From positions 372,001 through 436,000 of the forward strand of contig CDRNST010000287.1 in the NCBI GenBank assembly GCA_977016875.1: a stretch of 64,000 bases of DNA, read 5' to 3'. The position numbers were made by a program, and so were the translations under genes. The notes beneath the pieces are model-generated. The model searched no databases, was not told the DNA's origin, and saw only the letters and a list, made by a program, of their open reading frames with translations. This stretch comes from Pavona decussata (taxonomy: Eukaryota). Below are positions 24,770 through 37,680 of this stretch, in pieces. Position 1 is the stretch's first letter. Each line of letters opens with the position of its first letter.

Positions 24770-25520
24770 AAGGTAATTATTATTGGTGATTCAATCACCA
24801 AACATTTGGAAAGGTATGCTTTCAGTTACTTGAGTTATATCCCCATTTCTACGGTGGTAAATGTCTGTATTCCCGGGATCACTGTGGAAGCAAATCGTTA
24901 AGGTGTTCTTAACATGCCTTTCCCTTCAACTGTACCTGATATCTCCCTTCTTTGTGGAACTAAATTTTTTTTTTCATTTTTCCTTATTGAAAGACAATAA
25001 CTAACATTACAATACAAAAACTTAATATATTACTTACAATACTGTACTCTGTTCCAACAATAAACGCTACTTACAATAGAACTGAGAGAGCCAATTCCTT
25101 ATAAGCCTGGTGGCTTCCCTTGGGCTTCCTTGCAATTAATGTTTAAATGATAATAATTTGCATTTGTACACTTTTTTATGGCAAAACAATAAACTGAACT
25201 GAACTGAACACTAACACGACTAAGATACAAATACTTATAACACTTACAGTAGATTGGTTTATTTACAATACGTTTTTAACATCACTGAAAATGTTTTTTT
25301 TAAGTTATTTGGCACTAACAACCTTTCTTCCATAACAGCGGCTACCATTTCCGCAACTATCATAGAAATTTGATTTATTCTACACCAGAAATGACCAACT
25401 GCTACTATTCACCTCTTTCCAACTTTGCCTAGATTCCATCAATATCAGTCTCAAGTACGTGGTACTAACTAATTTATTTTCAGGTCAAAGAAGACAATAT
25501 ACACCTAATGAACAAGGGCA
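24770..25520 (+). pseudogene. SGNH/GDSL hydrolase-like remnant interrupted by retroposon tails
   Basis: KVIIIGDSIT..NVCIPGITVE..ISLLCGT, then an insertion at ~24963-25308, then GTNNLS..TIHLFPTLPR. Confidence 0.6.
25085..25210 (+). mobile_element. LINE 3' tail with (CTGAA)n end; related copy at 58930-59045
   Basis: Shared CCCTTGGGCTTCCT..ATAATAATTTGCATTTGTACACTTT..AAACAATAAACTGA. Confidence 0.7.
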
Positions 25521-26099
25521 ATTACGTTTTAAATATACTGAAATTGAAGTCAGGAACGGACATAATGTAATCTAAAATGTGTATGAAACTGACTTGTAAA
25601 ACGTAAAAAACCAAACGTTTATAAAAACTTAACAAGATGTCTCGGCCAAAAATCTTCGGCCTTCGTCGGATTAAACAATGACAAATAAGCAAACACTTAT
25701 CCAACAGTTCACAGTTTGCGCGTGCTACAATCATGACGTGTAACAAACGATCACGGCGCGAGAGAACAAATCACGTGAGTGATTGACGTTCTGGTGTTCA
25801 AATTGAAAGAATTTCTACACTCCTACTACATTCCATGGTCGAGAAATATAGATCAACTGGCTCTTAGAGTTCTGGCACTTCGAACTGGAACTACCCATCT
25901 CTTATTTCAAAGGGAGCGTGACGATGTAATGCAGCTGATTGATGTGGCTAAACAATTAATTTCTGCACAAAAAGAAATCAAGATCTTAAACAATGAGTTT
26001 GTCATTCGACAGAGAGCTTTTTCTACCCCAGAAGGAAACAGCCTGTCGTCTTCGAGGTCCAGAGAAGCAGCTGTAACAACAAAAACGTCAAAGTGATGG

Positions 26100-26661
26100 T
26101 CCCAGATTGCACAACTCTTTCCTGTTTGGAAGAAGTGTTTCAGGATTTAAAAGGTGAAATTGTGCTCCTAAACAAAAACTCAGCCCAGAAAAATATGATC
26201 CCTACAATCTCAGTGCTCTCAGAAGCAAGAACGACAAAGTCATGGTCAAATGGACCGACATTAAAGGTTGGAAACCAGGGTGGTACGCAGCCGTCATCAC
26301 CAATTATATAAAAGATTTGGATGTGATTGAGGTTCAGTATGTCAGCAAACCAGGAAGAGCGTACGGAGTCAAAGTCAAGGAGAGCGTGGAAAATGGAACC
26401 TTACACCTCCATGTTACCACTTGTGATGTGCCAGATCTATATGATCAAGTGACTGAAATTGGAGCATCCCTCTCCATAAGATGGACCAAGGAAGAAGTTA
26501 AAGGAAGTGGCTGGAAGGCGGGCTGGTACCAGGCAGAGGTCCAGGCCTTTGACCATGAGACAGAGGAAATAACCATAATATACAGCAGAGAGCCAACGGT
26601 TATTTATTCGGAATGTGTTACGCAATTAACATCCGAGGAAAAACTAAGGAGAAGAAAGTAA
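26100..26661 (+). pseudogene. C-terminal remnant with tandem Tudor/SH3-like repeats
   Basis: Two copies of V/I-K/R-WT..GWK(P/A)GWY.A.(I/V)..(Y/F)...(D/E).I...Y...P in ORF 26242-26661. Confidence 0.5.
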
Positions 26662-26708
26662 TTATGCTGTTGACAGAGAAATATGTGAGAGGAAGCCAGC
26701 ATTATTAT

Positions 26709-27019
26709 CCCGGGAGGGGGGGGGACTCTCATATGAAAGGGGCGGCAATGCTCGTCGTCTCGCTTAGGGATGTAAATTTTGGATCTTGGTCTCACTTAGG
26801 GTGTTCTGGGGAAAACGCCATCATATTTAGCCCTCAAGGTCTCGTTTAGGGTTGGATGCAAAGAAATATTGTATTTTTTAATTGTCTGTGTCTTAAAATG
26901 GTCTCTTTTAAAGGACAAAAACGGTTAGACCACGCCCAGATTGGTCTCCTTTAGGGGTTTAATTCATAATTTCCGGCTAGCATCCCAGCCCCTTTCTTAT
27001 GGGAGTCCCCCCAACAGGG
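26709..27019. mobile_element. MITE with CCCGGG(G)n-ACTC TIRs and 8-bp TSD (same superfamily as 1648)
   Basis: ATTATTAT|CCCGGGAGGGGGGGGACTC...GGGAGTCCCCCCAACAGGG|ATAATTAT (TSD with 1 mismatch). Confidence 0.8.
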
Positions 27020-27040
27020 ATAATTATACTCTAAATTTTT

Positions 27041-27408
27041 AGGGGTAGTGTCACGGGGAATTTGACCATTTTTGGCCAAACGAAGCTACAATACCTTTAT
27101 TTATTTACAAACTAATACTAAAACATCAAGAGAAAGAAATCAACCAAGTTTTGAAAGAGGAAAAAATCGTGGTTTGTTCTATGGAAGCAAAAATGTGAGA
27201 ACTTGAAAAATAATAGGCTAACATTTTTTAAGTTACAATGTATCGAGATCCAAACAGTTTATGTCTATAGACACTTAACAATGTTTCGGTACACTGGAGT
27301 GGTAATTCACTCACCACAAACTAGACCATTATTTTACGGTTTCTATTACTACAAAAACATTTTTGGGTTTTTGAAATAATACCAAATCTCTGTGACATTG
27401 CCCTCTAA
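27041..27408. mobile_element. Probable Kolobok-type MITE
   Basis: AGGGGTAGTGTCACGG vs CTGTGACATTGCCCTCT inverted ends in a degenerate TTAA-like context. Confidence 0.5.
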
Positions 27409-27771
27409 GAGGTAATGATTACTCCCCTGTTTGGATGTGAGAAGAACAATGATTATTATGTCAGACGCCCTGAACTTGAACCGTTAGATCCTCACAAATG
27501 CTCTGTTACTGAACAATGAAGAGGTTTAACCTTGTTGGAGTGTGATCTTGATAGCGCAAATTATGACTAGGATCTGTTAGGTTATTTTTGGCTGAGACTA
27601 TTATCCAATTAGACAGTATTCAATTGGGACTGTCATATATTTTAGGTATTTGATTATCCGTGATTATATCCGCAAACAAAATTAACCAGCCTGTCACAAA
27701 GCAATGCGTGTATAAATCCAAAAGTCAATAATATTTTAAAAATTGCTAAGCTTGTGTTTCCTTGAATTACA

Positions 27772-28789
27772 GTGGGAAGAGATTTCAAATGGTGTTTGGT
27801 GCTGCCCAATAAAGGTAAAGGCCGCTGTAAGAGACTGCAACAAGAACAGCACTGCCACTGGCCCTGTTTAAGATATTTTATCCCAAAGCAGACCTGAAAG
27901 GAAGGAGAATGCATGATCTTGATCAGGATGTTATTGAGGCCATAACTGGTATGTGAGTTGTTATTAATGCAAATATACTAAGCTGCATTCATTTTGCTCA
28001 TTCTGGAAAATGATCAAAGTGCAAAAAAATAATAGTTAGCAACTTCATGTAGAGTACATGTACCATCTTGAGTTCGAGATGAATAGACATTACACGAAAA
28101 GCACTCTTCACTTGTGTGGTACATTTATACAATCACTGCTAATCACTGAATCTGGATAATTTTAAGACCTGGTTTAATATACACAGTCAAATCTCCAATA
28201 CAGTGATACAAGTGTCCAGCAGGTGTCACTTACAGACTGTAGGAGAGTTTGGACCAGAGCCTGGGGAGTTTGAAATCATGGGACAAAACAGTCCAATTTG
28301 CACTCATAAATTTTAAAAGCTCCGTAATTGGTTCTTGTAATTTGACATATCTGTTTAGCTTCAATGTTTGTTTTACTTAATTTCAGATTTTTCACCGGTT
28401 GCAAAACTTGCTAAAGAGCCAAAGGCAAAGAAAGAAAAAGAAGGGCAAGAGCGGAAAGCACCTTCACCTGTGTCTCGTAGGAGACTGTAGGAGAGTTTGG
28501 ACCAGAGCCTGGGGAGTTTGAAATCATGGGACAAAACAGTCCAATTTGCACTCATAAATTTTAAAAGCTCTGTAATTGGTTCTTGTAATTTGACATATCT
28601 GTTTAACTTCAATGTTTGTTTTACTTAATTTCAGATTTTTCACCGGTTGCAAAACTTGCTAAAGAGCTAAAGGCAAAGAAAGAAAAAGAAGGGCAAGAGC
28701 GGAAACCACCTTCACCTGTGTCTCGTAGTGCCATTAAACAAGCCTTGCGAGTAAAGTGCAATAGTGTGATTTGCCTAAAAAATAGAAAG
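27772..28789 (+). pseudogene. BEN-domain-like multi-exon gene remnant
   Basis: Exons ~27772-27948 (..IFYPKADLKGRRMHDLDQDVIEAIT|GT) and 28635-28789 (AG|DFSPVAK..AIKQALRVKCNS..|GT). Confidence 0.45.
28234..28728. repeat. 248-bp near-perfect tandem duplication
   Basis: AGACTGTAGGAGAGTTTGG at 28234 and 28482; only about 4 substitutions between the copies. Confidence 0.97.
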
Positions 28790-29699
28790 GTATCAGTACA
28801 GACTTTTGATTATTAAACTTCGAAATTGTAACGTTCCATTAACTCTAGAGATAACTTCTGCCCAAGTTATCCAAATGTCTGAACTACACTCACCCAGATG
28901 ATCAGATTGATATTCTTGGGTTCCAACTGTTTGCAGAGTAAACATTTTGCGTCTACATGTACAAAATAGCTCAATCAAAAAGTCATAGGCATATGCAACT
29001 ATTAACAATTATTAAAGAGCCTTTAAGGCTTCCAATGGAAGGCGAAAGTATTTGTATAAATAAGTATAATAATTTATTAATAATACAGCACTTTGTTTTT
29101 CTTTAAAGGCAGTGAAGAGCAAGCTGCTGGAGAAAGCTTAGGGAAACCTCTGACAGGAAGGAGAAAATTCTTTTCTTTTCTTTTTTTGTGAATTTTAATT
29201 TGTAATAGTTGTTTGATATACATGTATTAGAATTTTTTACTGATACATTACTGAATTTTCTATAGTAAGTATGGATTTTTTCATTTGGGGTTAATAATAT
29301 TGCTGTAAAAAGTATGAGAGAAATTTAACTTCTATTAAAATATATTGTGAACAAAAACCATGTAGTTCTTGTTTTGATACATACGGTATATGTGGGTATA
29401 CCATCCAATGAAGCTTTGTTATTATATTTTTAGCCATGTCTATAGGATGTAGATAATTTCCTTATTTTCTCTTTGTTATTACTAGAATTTGTAAATATCC
29501 CGTAATTCAGGTCATGGCTGCAATGGTGTTTATAATAAAGTATCTATCTAAAGTATCTATCTATCCAACTGTCCCTTCATATTTTCATTGCAAATATAAA
29601 AAAGGTTGATGTACATTTACCATTTTAAATACCATTCAGCAAGGTTTTGGGTTAATCAGAATGTCAACTCCATGTTTTTTGCCATGTAAATCATATGCA

Positions 29700-30282
29700 A
29701 GATATATTTAAATGAGATATGTGTTCTCTATTTCAAAGCTATGTAAACACTATTTTTATATTTTATATTTTTATATTTTATTTTTATATTTTATTTTTTA
29801 TATTTTTATGTTTTCTCTATTCACATGCATTTTAATCCTTTTTTAAGGCCATTTATGCCATATGTTCTCTCTATTTGAATGCTATTTAAAATCTATTTCA
29901 ATCCTATGTAAAGGCTATTTATTTCATGTTATCTCTATGTGGTTGCTATTTGATCACTACAAGGCTATATAATTTTCAGCTCTGTAAAGCTCTATTCAAA
30001 ACCTATGTCAGTTGTATTCAAAACCTATGCAAATGCTATTTAAAAGCTATTTCATTTCTCTGAAATTTACTCCTACTACAACTACATACCTTTTAAATAT
30101 ACTATGTAAAGGTTCAATTTGACTAGCAAAAAAAAATAGCATTTCTTATCAAATTACATTGAACAGATATTTAAACAGAGTTTGAACATGGCTTTTGTAT
30201 GATACTGGACATAGTTTTTAAATACTTTCCACATACCCTTTACATAGCCTTGCAACATAGTATTTACATAAATTATACAGTG
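29700..30282. mobile_element. Probable EnSpm/CACTA-type right end with 11-bp periodic subterminal CTAT repeats
   Basis: CTAT at 29871/882/893/904/915 and 29992/30003/025/036/047; inverted ATAG copies at 30130-30270; ends ...TATACAGTG (CACTG on the minus strand). Confidence 0.5.
29752..29812. repeat. (TTTTTATA)-like low-complexity repeat
   Basis: Direct reading. Confidence 0.9.
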
Positions 30283-30299
30283 TCTGATTCTACAAGGGT

Positions 30300-31270
30300 A
30301 GAGAACAGCTATTTCTCGTATGAACAAGAGCATTATCAGCAAACGTTTGGTTGTGCCATGGGATCACCTGTGAGTGCCACGGTGGCAAACTTAGTGATGC
30401 ACTTTGTAGAGAAAAAAAGCTATTTCTACTGCCGCTCATCCTCCACAGAGGTGGTACCGACATGTGGACGATAGTCATGCCTGTCTCCAGAAAAGATATG
30501 TGCAAGAGTTCCATGATCACTTGAATGCCATTAACCCACACACACAGTTCACTAAAGAGGTTGAAGAAAACAACTGCATTTCATTTTTGGACACTTTAAC
30601 TACAAGGGTTCATGACTGCATACAAGTTAGCGTGTATAGAAAGCCTACACACACCGACAAATACCTCGATTTCAATTCTCATCACCCCGCGCAGCAGAAG
30701 AGATCAGTTCTTAATACTCTCCTTGACAGAGCCAAGAACATCCCATCGACAAGAGCACGACAATGTCGAGAGAGGAAGCACGTCATTAACGTCTTGAGGG
30801 ATGATAACTATCCTTTAGGATTTATCAAGAGTTGCGACTCTTATTGCAACGCCCCTCAAGTGACAATACTTCCAATATAGTATCAAACGGCAATCAAGAT
30901 GTGTGGTCTACAAAATTGGGTGTTCTGATTGCAATTTTGTGTACTATGGGCAAATGGACAGAGCCTTGGCAACAAGGATGAAAGACCACAGAAGAGCAGT
31001 CCACGTTGGCGATAACAACTCAAAGATAGCGCAACACGCAAATCAGTTTGGCCATAGTATAGATTTTGACCAAGCCACCATTGTCAACAAGGCGTGTGAT
31101 TACCACAAGGGACTTTTCCTTGAGGCCTGGCATTCTCTGCGAGGCCAAATTGTGGGCAATGAAGGGAATTTATACCTCACTCACGTGATTTGTTCTCTCG
31201 CGCTGTGATCGCACGTTATGCCTTTTTTTGGCAATGTGTGTGGTGGTGAAATAAACAAACAAACAAACAA
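30300..31270 (+). mobile_element. Penelope-like element: RT + GIY-YIG endonuclease, decayed
   Basis: YQQTFGCAMGSPVSATVANLVM, RWYRHVDD, FLD..VYRKPTHTDKYLDFNSHHP, VVYKIGCSDCNFVYYGQ..RMKDH..FLEAWH. Confidence 0.9.
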
Positions 31271-31310
31271 TATTATTGATTGAGTGGTCCAAAGGGGGCA
31301 CAGGCGTGCA

Positions 31311-31385
31311 GAATTTCCTCAGGTAGTGGGCACTGTCAATGGCTGTCATGTTCCAATCTCGCCATTGAAATCTATAGCTCTACAT
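31311..31385 (+). mobile_element. Tiny HARBI1-like transposase fragment
   Basis: EFPQVVGTVNGCHVPISP matches the FPxxxGAIDGxHxPI motif. Confidence 0.6.
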
Positions 31386-31667
31386 AACAAGGTTTGGCCA
31401 AACTTTGTATAAAAAATAGGGTTTAAACTGTTGTTATGGTTTAAAACGTTTTGATAAATAAATAAATAAATATTGTCTACATTGGTACAACAAACTAACA
31501 AAAACCAAAATTACCACAAGATGAAATTAAATCTCACTCACTCCCTAATCTGTGTCACGCACAAGTAACTTAGCTACAATAACAAACAGATATTTACATC
31601 CCTTGATTTAAAATAAGTCATTTTTAAAATATTTCGCTCAACAACGAGCGACATTCCCTAGATAAAT

Positions 31668-33546
31668 GTGACCTTGCACAGGAAAACGTACTTTAACGCT
31701 TATCCATTAAACGGGCAATGCCGTTAAGCATCTGTTAGTCATCCGTTAAAGAACTATCAAAAACGTTAGAGGCGTTAATGTACCCCTTAAATGTCCACAT
31801 CAAACCATTAGAACAGTTAGCGTAACCGTTAAAGAGAATTTGGTAGCCGTTAGAGCTGCTTAGTAAGCCATTAGGAAAATCCAGCATCTGTTTAACGGGT
31901 AAAGTAGCCATTAAGAAACTTTGCTGATCCGTTAGAACAGATGAAGCACTTTCCTTAACGCTATCCGCTAAATGATGTCACAAAAACAGTTACTATAAAC
32001 CTTTTTTTTTATTCCCAAGTCCATTTGCTCTACCATAAGACGTCGAGAAATAACACCCCAAACTATTGTGCGTTTTTTAATCAACTGAGGAAATGCTGTT
32101 TTCGAAGTTTTGATTCAAAAGATTAAAGTACAATCCAGCATAATTATGTGCAGCGTACTGGTAGCAATCGTGCGTCTTTCCATTCTTAGCTTCTTCCATT
32201 TTTTCGCTTCCTTCACTGTTTATTACTTGGTTTAGTGGACAGGTATTCCAGTCATCTGTCAGAGGAAGACACGGTTACAATATGAAATGAAGAAAACATG
32301 ACATTGCCTTTTGAGATTCGATGATCTCAATAATATTTATGCAAATCTGTAATGCTACGCTGAAGATGTAAACAAAGTCTGCTCAAAGGCAAGCAAACGC
32401 CCACGTTGAAGTTTCCCTGGTTCCCTGCCGAATTCTACCGTAAACATTGTACGTTTTCAAATAAGGAAATGCTTTTTCCGAAGTTTTCATTTGAAAGATT
32501 CAATTACAATCAAGTATAATCTTGCACAGCATACTGCTTTCGCAGCAAAGATATTTCAGAAGTGATCGTGTTACATTCCGCGAAAAAGCCGCAATCTTGG
32601 GTCAATCTTGTCCACGTGCTCCGCCGTAAGAGTCGATCGATTGGAAGGCTGCTCTGAATCGAATTTATAAAGCCAAACATGCCAGCACTGCTAACGACTG
32701 CTACTTTTTTCAGTCACATTTTGTAAGTAAAGTAGATAATTACAAAACAGCAACGATGTATGTTTACTCGTGAAGGACTCGGGCACGTGGAATCGAACAT
32801 TCAAGACGCGCATTTTGAATTTGCATAAAGTTGTTTACTTTGACAGCTAACAGAAGCACAACAACGGAGTAACAGACAATCGGTTTTCTTCTTCCTCGCT
32901 ATAAGAGTTTGATATAGTTAATACTAGGTATTCGTAATGTGGTAATTGAAACCACAAGTTTTCTCTTGATAGCGCCTGGAATCACAGATACAATTTTTGG
33001 TTCAGAAACTGAAGCCGACTGAAGCATGCGAGGTGTCCTGGGATCCCAGACGATTGTGTGCGTGTAAAAAAACAAGAGGTGAGAAGAAATCATTTTTGTT
33101 TTCATCATTTTAGTATCTGGGTAACTTACCTTGGAAGTCAGATTCTTAAAACACTGAAAATATTTTTCGCTTTGAAAAATTCGAATTGGTGAGGCGCGAC
33201 TCAAGTTCACTTTAATACCGTGTTGTTTTCGCCATCGGCTGCGCCTTTTTTGTCATAACTCCACTGTTAAACGCTTTCAAGTGGCCGTTAAGCAAACCGT
33301 TTAATGCCTTTACAGCATCCGTTAGATATTTTGCTCAACCGTTTAACAGCTCAAGCTATCCGTTAGAGCAAATTGTGCAACCGTTCAAACGCTTTTGCAA
33401 TCCGTTAGGCATTGCTTATTATCCGTTAGAACTTTAGAACAAAACGTTAAAACGCTTTGGAAGCCGTTAACCATCCGTTAGCTATCCGTCCGTTTTTACC
33501 CGTTTAACGGATAAGCGTTAAAGTACGTTTTCCTGTGCAAGGTCAC
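31668..33546. mobile_element. Non-autonomous Sola1-type DNA transposon (48-bp TIR, AAAT TSD)
   Basis: AAAT|GTGACCTTGCACAGGAAAACGTACTTTAACGCTTATCC(A/G)TTAAACGGG ... inverted copy ...GGTCAC|AAAT; an AWWT 4-bp TSD is typical of Sola1. Confidence 0.85.
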
Positions 33547-33650
33547 AAATTGCTAAAGAAATAGAAAAAATCTTTATAACAATACAACCTGGAACACTTA
33601 AAATTAATTTTATTAAGGATGAGAAGCTTTATCAGCCTTGGTCGGAAGTA

Positions 33651-33810
33651 CAGTCGACTCCCGATAACTCGAACCTTCAAGGGAAATTGAAAAAGGTTTG
33701 AGTTATCGAGGGTACAATTATATAGAAAATGACCTGAAAGGAAAGGAAAATTGGTTCGAGTTACAGGGACGTTCGAGTTAGCGAGGGTTTGAGTTATCGC
33801 GAGTCGACTG
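33651..33810. mobile_element. Tc1/mariner(pogo)-type MITE, TA TSD
   Basis: TA|CAGTCGACTCCCGATAACTC...GAGTTATCGCGAGTCGACTG|TA. Confidence 0.92.
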
Positions 33811-35584
33811 TAACTTTTCCCACAAAAAGAAAATATTGCATTGTTCTCTAAATAAACAAATCTACTTACTGTATCTCTAAAACATAACATCTAAAACCAG
33901 AGTTGTTGTTGGGGAAGTTCAGACATACAGAACAACTGTCTTGTTCATTCTTGTTCATTCTTCTTGTTTCATCGGCACGATGAACAGACAGATAACCATC
34001 TCCAATAAATTCATTGGCAAGAGATGTTTTACATTTGGAGTCACGACAACTGGCATTACAAAGCCACGAGAGGGAAGAAAGAAAGCATGCCAAAACGAAG
34101 CATGACTACTGGGATAAGGCACAGTGGAAACAAGGAAAAAAAGGCGGAGATCACAAGTAGTTTCCACTGAAACTTCAGATCATGATCCAGGCCCCTCCAA
34201 CGCTACTGATAATGGCTGTGAGGAACATCTAAATAAAGTGAGTGTGAAGCAACTCTGGGAGAAGATCAAATTGATGTCTTCAAAAAAACACTAAATGCAC
34301 AATGAATTATTAAGGAACATGAATTTTGACTATTAGCAGGCTTAAGAGGCATGGGTGGGATATCTGTGTAGCTGTAAGTAGAATAATTACTTTGTAATGA
34401 TATAGATATTATGACAATTGGCCTTGAACATCAATGTATAAATTCTGTTTCTCTTTTAGAATTTGACACTAACTGCTACAAGCACATGCTAAATATCTCA
34501 ACAGTTAAATATTTGCCATTTATGGACTTCAAATACAACACCTGTCTCCATGGACATGAAGTACATAATTCTTTTATTTTCTCCTATTGTTGGGCGGTAT
34601 TTCTGGAACGATGCTCCTCTAAATATTCAAATAAAGCCTCAGAAGAAATTATGTAAGAAAGCTTTTTAGTAATTATACCTCTCTCAATATGACAGTCTAA
34701 TTATTTTCCTCTTAGCACCCTTATAAACAGTTTTGTCCTGTCTCTATGTGTGTGTGCTTATGTTTTATAATATTGTTTTCTTTCGTTCTCTCCCTACAAA
34801 AAGGCAATAATTTACCACATCTCCCCATTCTTTAAGTACCCATCATATAATTTTTTGAAACAGAAAATCCCTCAGTTTAAGTAAGCTGTAAAATATTCAT
34901 TGTGGCTGAATTCATTTCGTAAGTCAGCATAGAAGAATTTGTTATCAGGTACAGTGCTATAGAGAAAGACTACTTCTTTCTTTCTTTGATCTGGTAAACA
35001 AAAAATCAAACCAAGAATCTTGCCACATCGACCTGTACTAGTCCCTGCCATCAAGTTGGATCTGACTTGTTCAACGACATTGTTTATTCTGAGACTCTGA
35101 ATGACAAGCTGAACAGGGTGCTAGATAATCAGAAAGTTTTATTAATTTTCCTTTCCTTTCAAAATCAATGGAGGACGTACCACAAATTTATAGGTCTCAG
35201 GGAGTGGGTGTACAAGAATGAGATTTACAACAAAAAACGTCCTACAAAGACTCAATCAACTCTGATGAAGAATCCGGAAATGTATCGTCTATAGATAAAA
35301 AAAAATAAAAAATGGTCTATACATGATAGTGGTACAAGTCCAAGTGGAAGTGAAGATGCAATGGATAGAAACGATGAGGTGTTAAGCAAAATGTATCACC
35401 CAGCAGCAGTCATAGTGAATCTTCTACTTGGCGCTTTGGCTAAAAACCAAAGGGACGTAGAAAAAGGGAACTCACCCAACCTTTTCCCGTTAGATTTCCC
35501 AAGATTTCGTCACATTCGTGTTATTGACTTGCTTTATTTCTTCTAAAATCATTTTATATTTCAAGGTTTGTTGAAAATTTGAAA

Positions 35585-36978
35585 ATGCCACATCGCTGTA
35601 TAGCTAGTGGGTGTTCCAATACTCGTAAGGACGGAGTAAGTCTTTATCAGTGGCCTGAAGATCCCAAATTTTCAAGGCTTTGGACAAATGCCATAAAAAA
35701 TACTTAATCTGATTTTGTTAACCCCATAAAATCGACTGAAGATTGCTTTGAAGCACAAACATCCATAGCCAATCAATGGGTTTAAAGACGAAGCCGTTCA
35801 TTAAAGTCGATGCAGTTCCAGCCATATTCAAAAGTGGTCCACCTAAAACGATGAATACAATCATTAGAGGAGGACAGCACTCACGTGGCAACACTGGCCA
35901 AAAAGACACCACTGTCATGAGGGGCATACAGAAAACGAGAAGCTGCTCAGGTATGTTTTGAAAATACTGATTCAAACCTGCTTTTATGATAAAAGTCATG
36001 GTTAAACTACAAATAAGCTAATGAACACTAACTTACCTTTGTCTTGTTTGAAGACGCTTCCACTTCAAGCGCAGTTGATGTTGATGACTCAACAGAAGAT
36101 GTAAAATTGGTTCCTAGAGTACAAGAGGCCTCTACACAAACCGAGCATACAAGGAAAAATGTCTCGGTAAAACTGAAACATTCACCCTTCGGTAAGCAGG
36201 TATTGGTCGGTCAATTTGGTCAATGTACATCTATTTCGCAGGTACAATACCTTGTGAGAACCTTAGAGCTTCTGACAAAGAAAGCACTGACAAAGGACAT
36301 CAGGCAGCTCTCAGGAGAACATGCTATCTCATCTCTTGAGGTATTTCATTCAGTGCAAAACCACTTTGCCGCAAAACTCTTGGCCTTCTCATATCATGGA
36401 ATGACAAGCAGGTAATACATAGCACAAATTTGATACTGTGATAATCGTGTTTGCAATTGACTAACAAGTCGAATGGTTTGTCATATTTACGCCAATGTTA
36501 TGAAAAATAGGAATCATCAAAAGAATACAAAACGCACGAGTCATATAATGTTCCTCATGAAGAATTAAATGCTTTAGGTTGCAGATAGCCATCCTACATT
36601 TTACTGAGAACAGCGACAGGGAACAGGCCAAATTGGGAGATGGAACTGAACGAGTAAACATTGCTTTCCCTAAGTATAAGAAAGGAGAACACAAGGTGAA
36701 AAGGATTTTGGTCAAATGTATATTCCGTAAGTTCATAAAGTAAACATTCAAGTAACCTATTGGCGACTGTCATCTGAAACATTCTTGTTCTAACACCATT
36801 AAATTTTACTTAACCTAGGATATGTTGCTGCACTGAAAAAAAAAATGTTGTAAGGATTCTTGAGGGACTTGACAGCGATGTTTTGCCAAGATCTGCTGCA
36901 CCTTGATCACTGTCATCATACTACACCCGGCCTGATAAGCACACGGCAGTCAATGCCATTAAATCACGATTCAATAAG
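35585..36978 (+). pseudogene. KolobokP-like THAP + DDE transposase, internally deleted
   Basis: THAP: MPHRCIASGCSN..SLYQWP..W..DCF..DAVPAIF. C-terminus: KDIRQLS..SSLEVFHSVQNHFAAKLLAFSYHGMTSR | LQIAILHFTENSDREQA..FPKYKKGE. The catalytic core is missing. Confidence 0.8.
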
Positions 36979-37401
36979 TAATGTTCTTCACTCAAAAAAA
37001 ACGACTAAATTTTATATGCTTTTGCTGTCAATACTGTCAAACTGGAAATGCCATCACAAACTATAAATTTTTTGCATTGTGTCACGTCTTTCAAGTAATT
37101 GTTATACATTGTGATATTTTTGTTGAATATATTATAGTTATCTGTTGGAAACTCATCCAAAAAGTCGCCTCAAAACAATGACATTTGTAAAACAAATTCC
37201 ACATTCTTATCAAGAAGAATGGAACAGCTTGAAGACATCAGCGATTTGATGCATATGATAGTACATATTGTACATGTTTACATCAGTTATATAATAGTAC
37301 GGTATTTTTTTTTTTTGTAAAATCAACATCATGTAAAAACCAACAGCACTATTTTGCTCATAAGAAAAATTTAATGTCAGAATATGTAGTTCTTATCATA
37401 A

Positions 37402-37680
37402 TTATTCGTCTGGAAATCGAAAGCCTTCAAACACTAAGTCATCTTCATTGCCTGGGGGAGGAAAGTGAGCACGAATACAGCAAACAGCACAGGATGAAAG
37501 GACAACCCCGGATTTATTTTCCTAAAATACCCAAACACCATCTTGTCAACTGCCCATATGTGATATGACGATTTTGCTTGTGCAGTAGACCTTCGTAGGC
37601 GATGATGTTCCGTTTGACGATTCAGTGAGTGGAGTGTGGGGCAATAACGTGCATGCATTCCCACTTGTAGGACAAATGCC
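37402..37680 (-). pseudogene. P2X7 ballast-like / His-Me finger protein C-terminus (KolobokP second gene)
   Basis: RHITYGQLTRWCLGILGK*IR(fs)VVLSSCAVCCIRAHFP..FEGFRFPDE*, convergent with the transposase. Confidence 0.8.
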
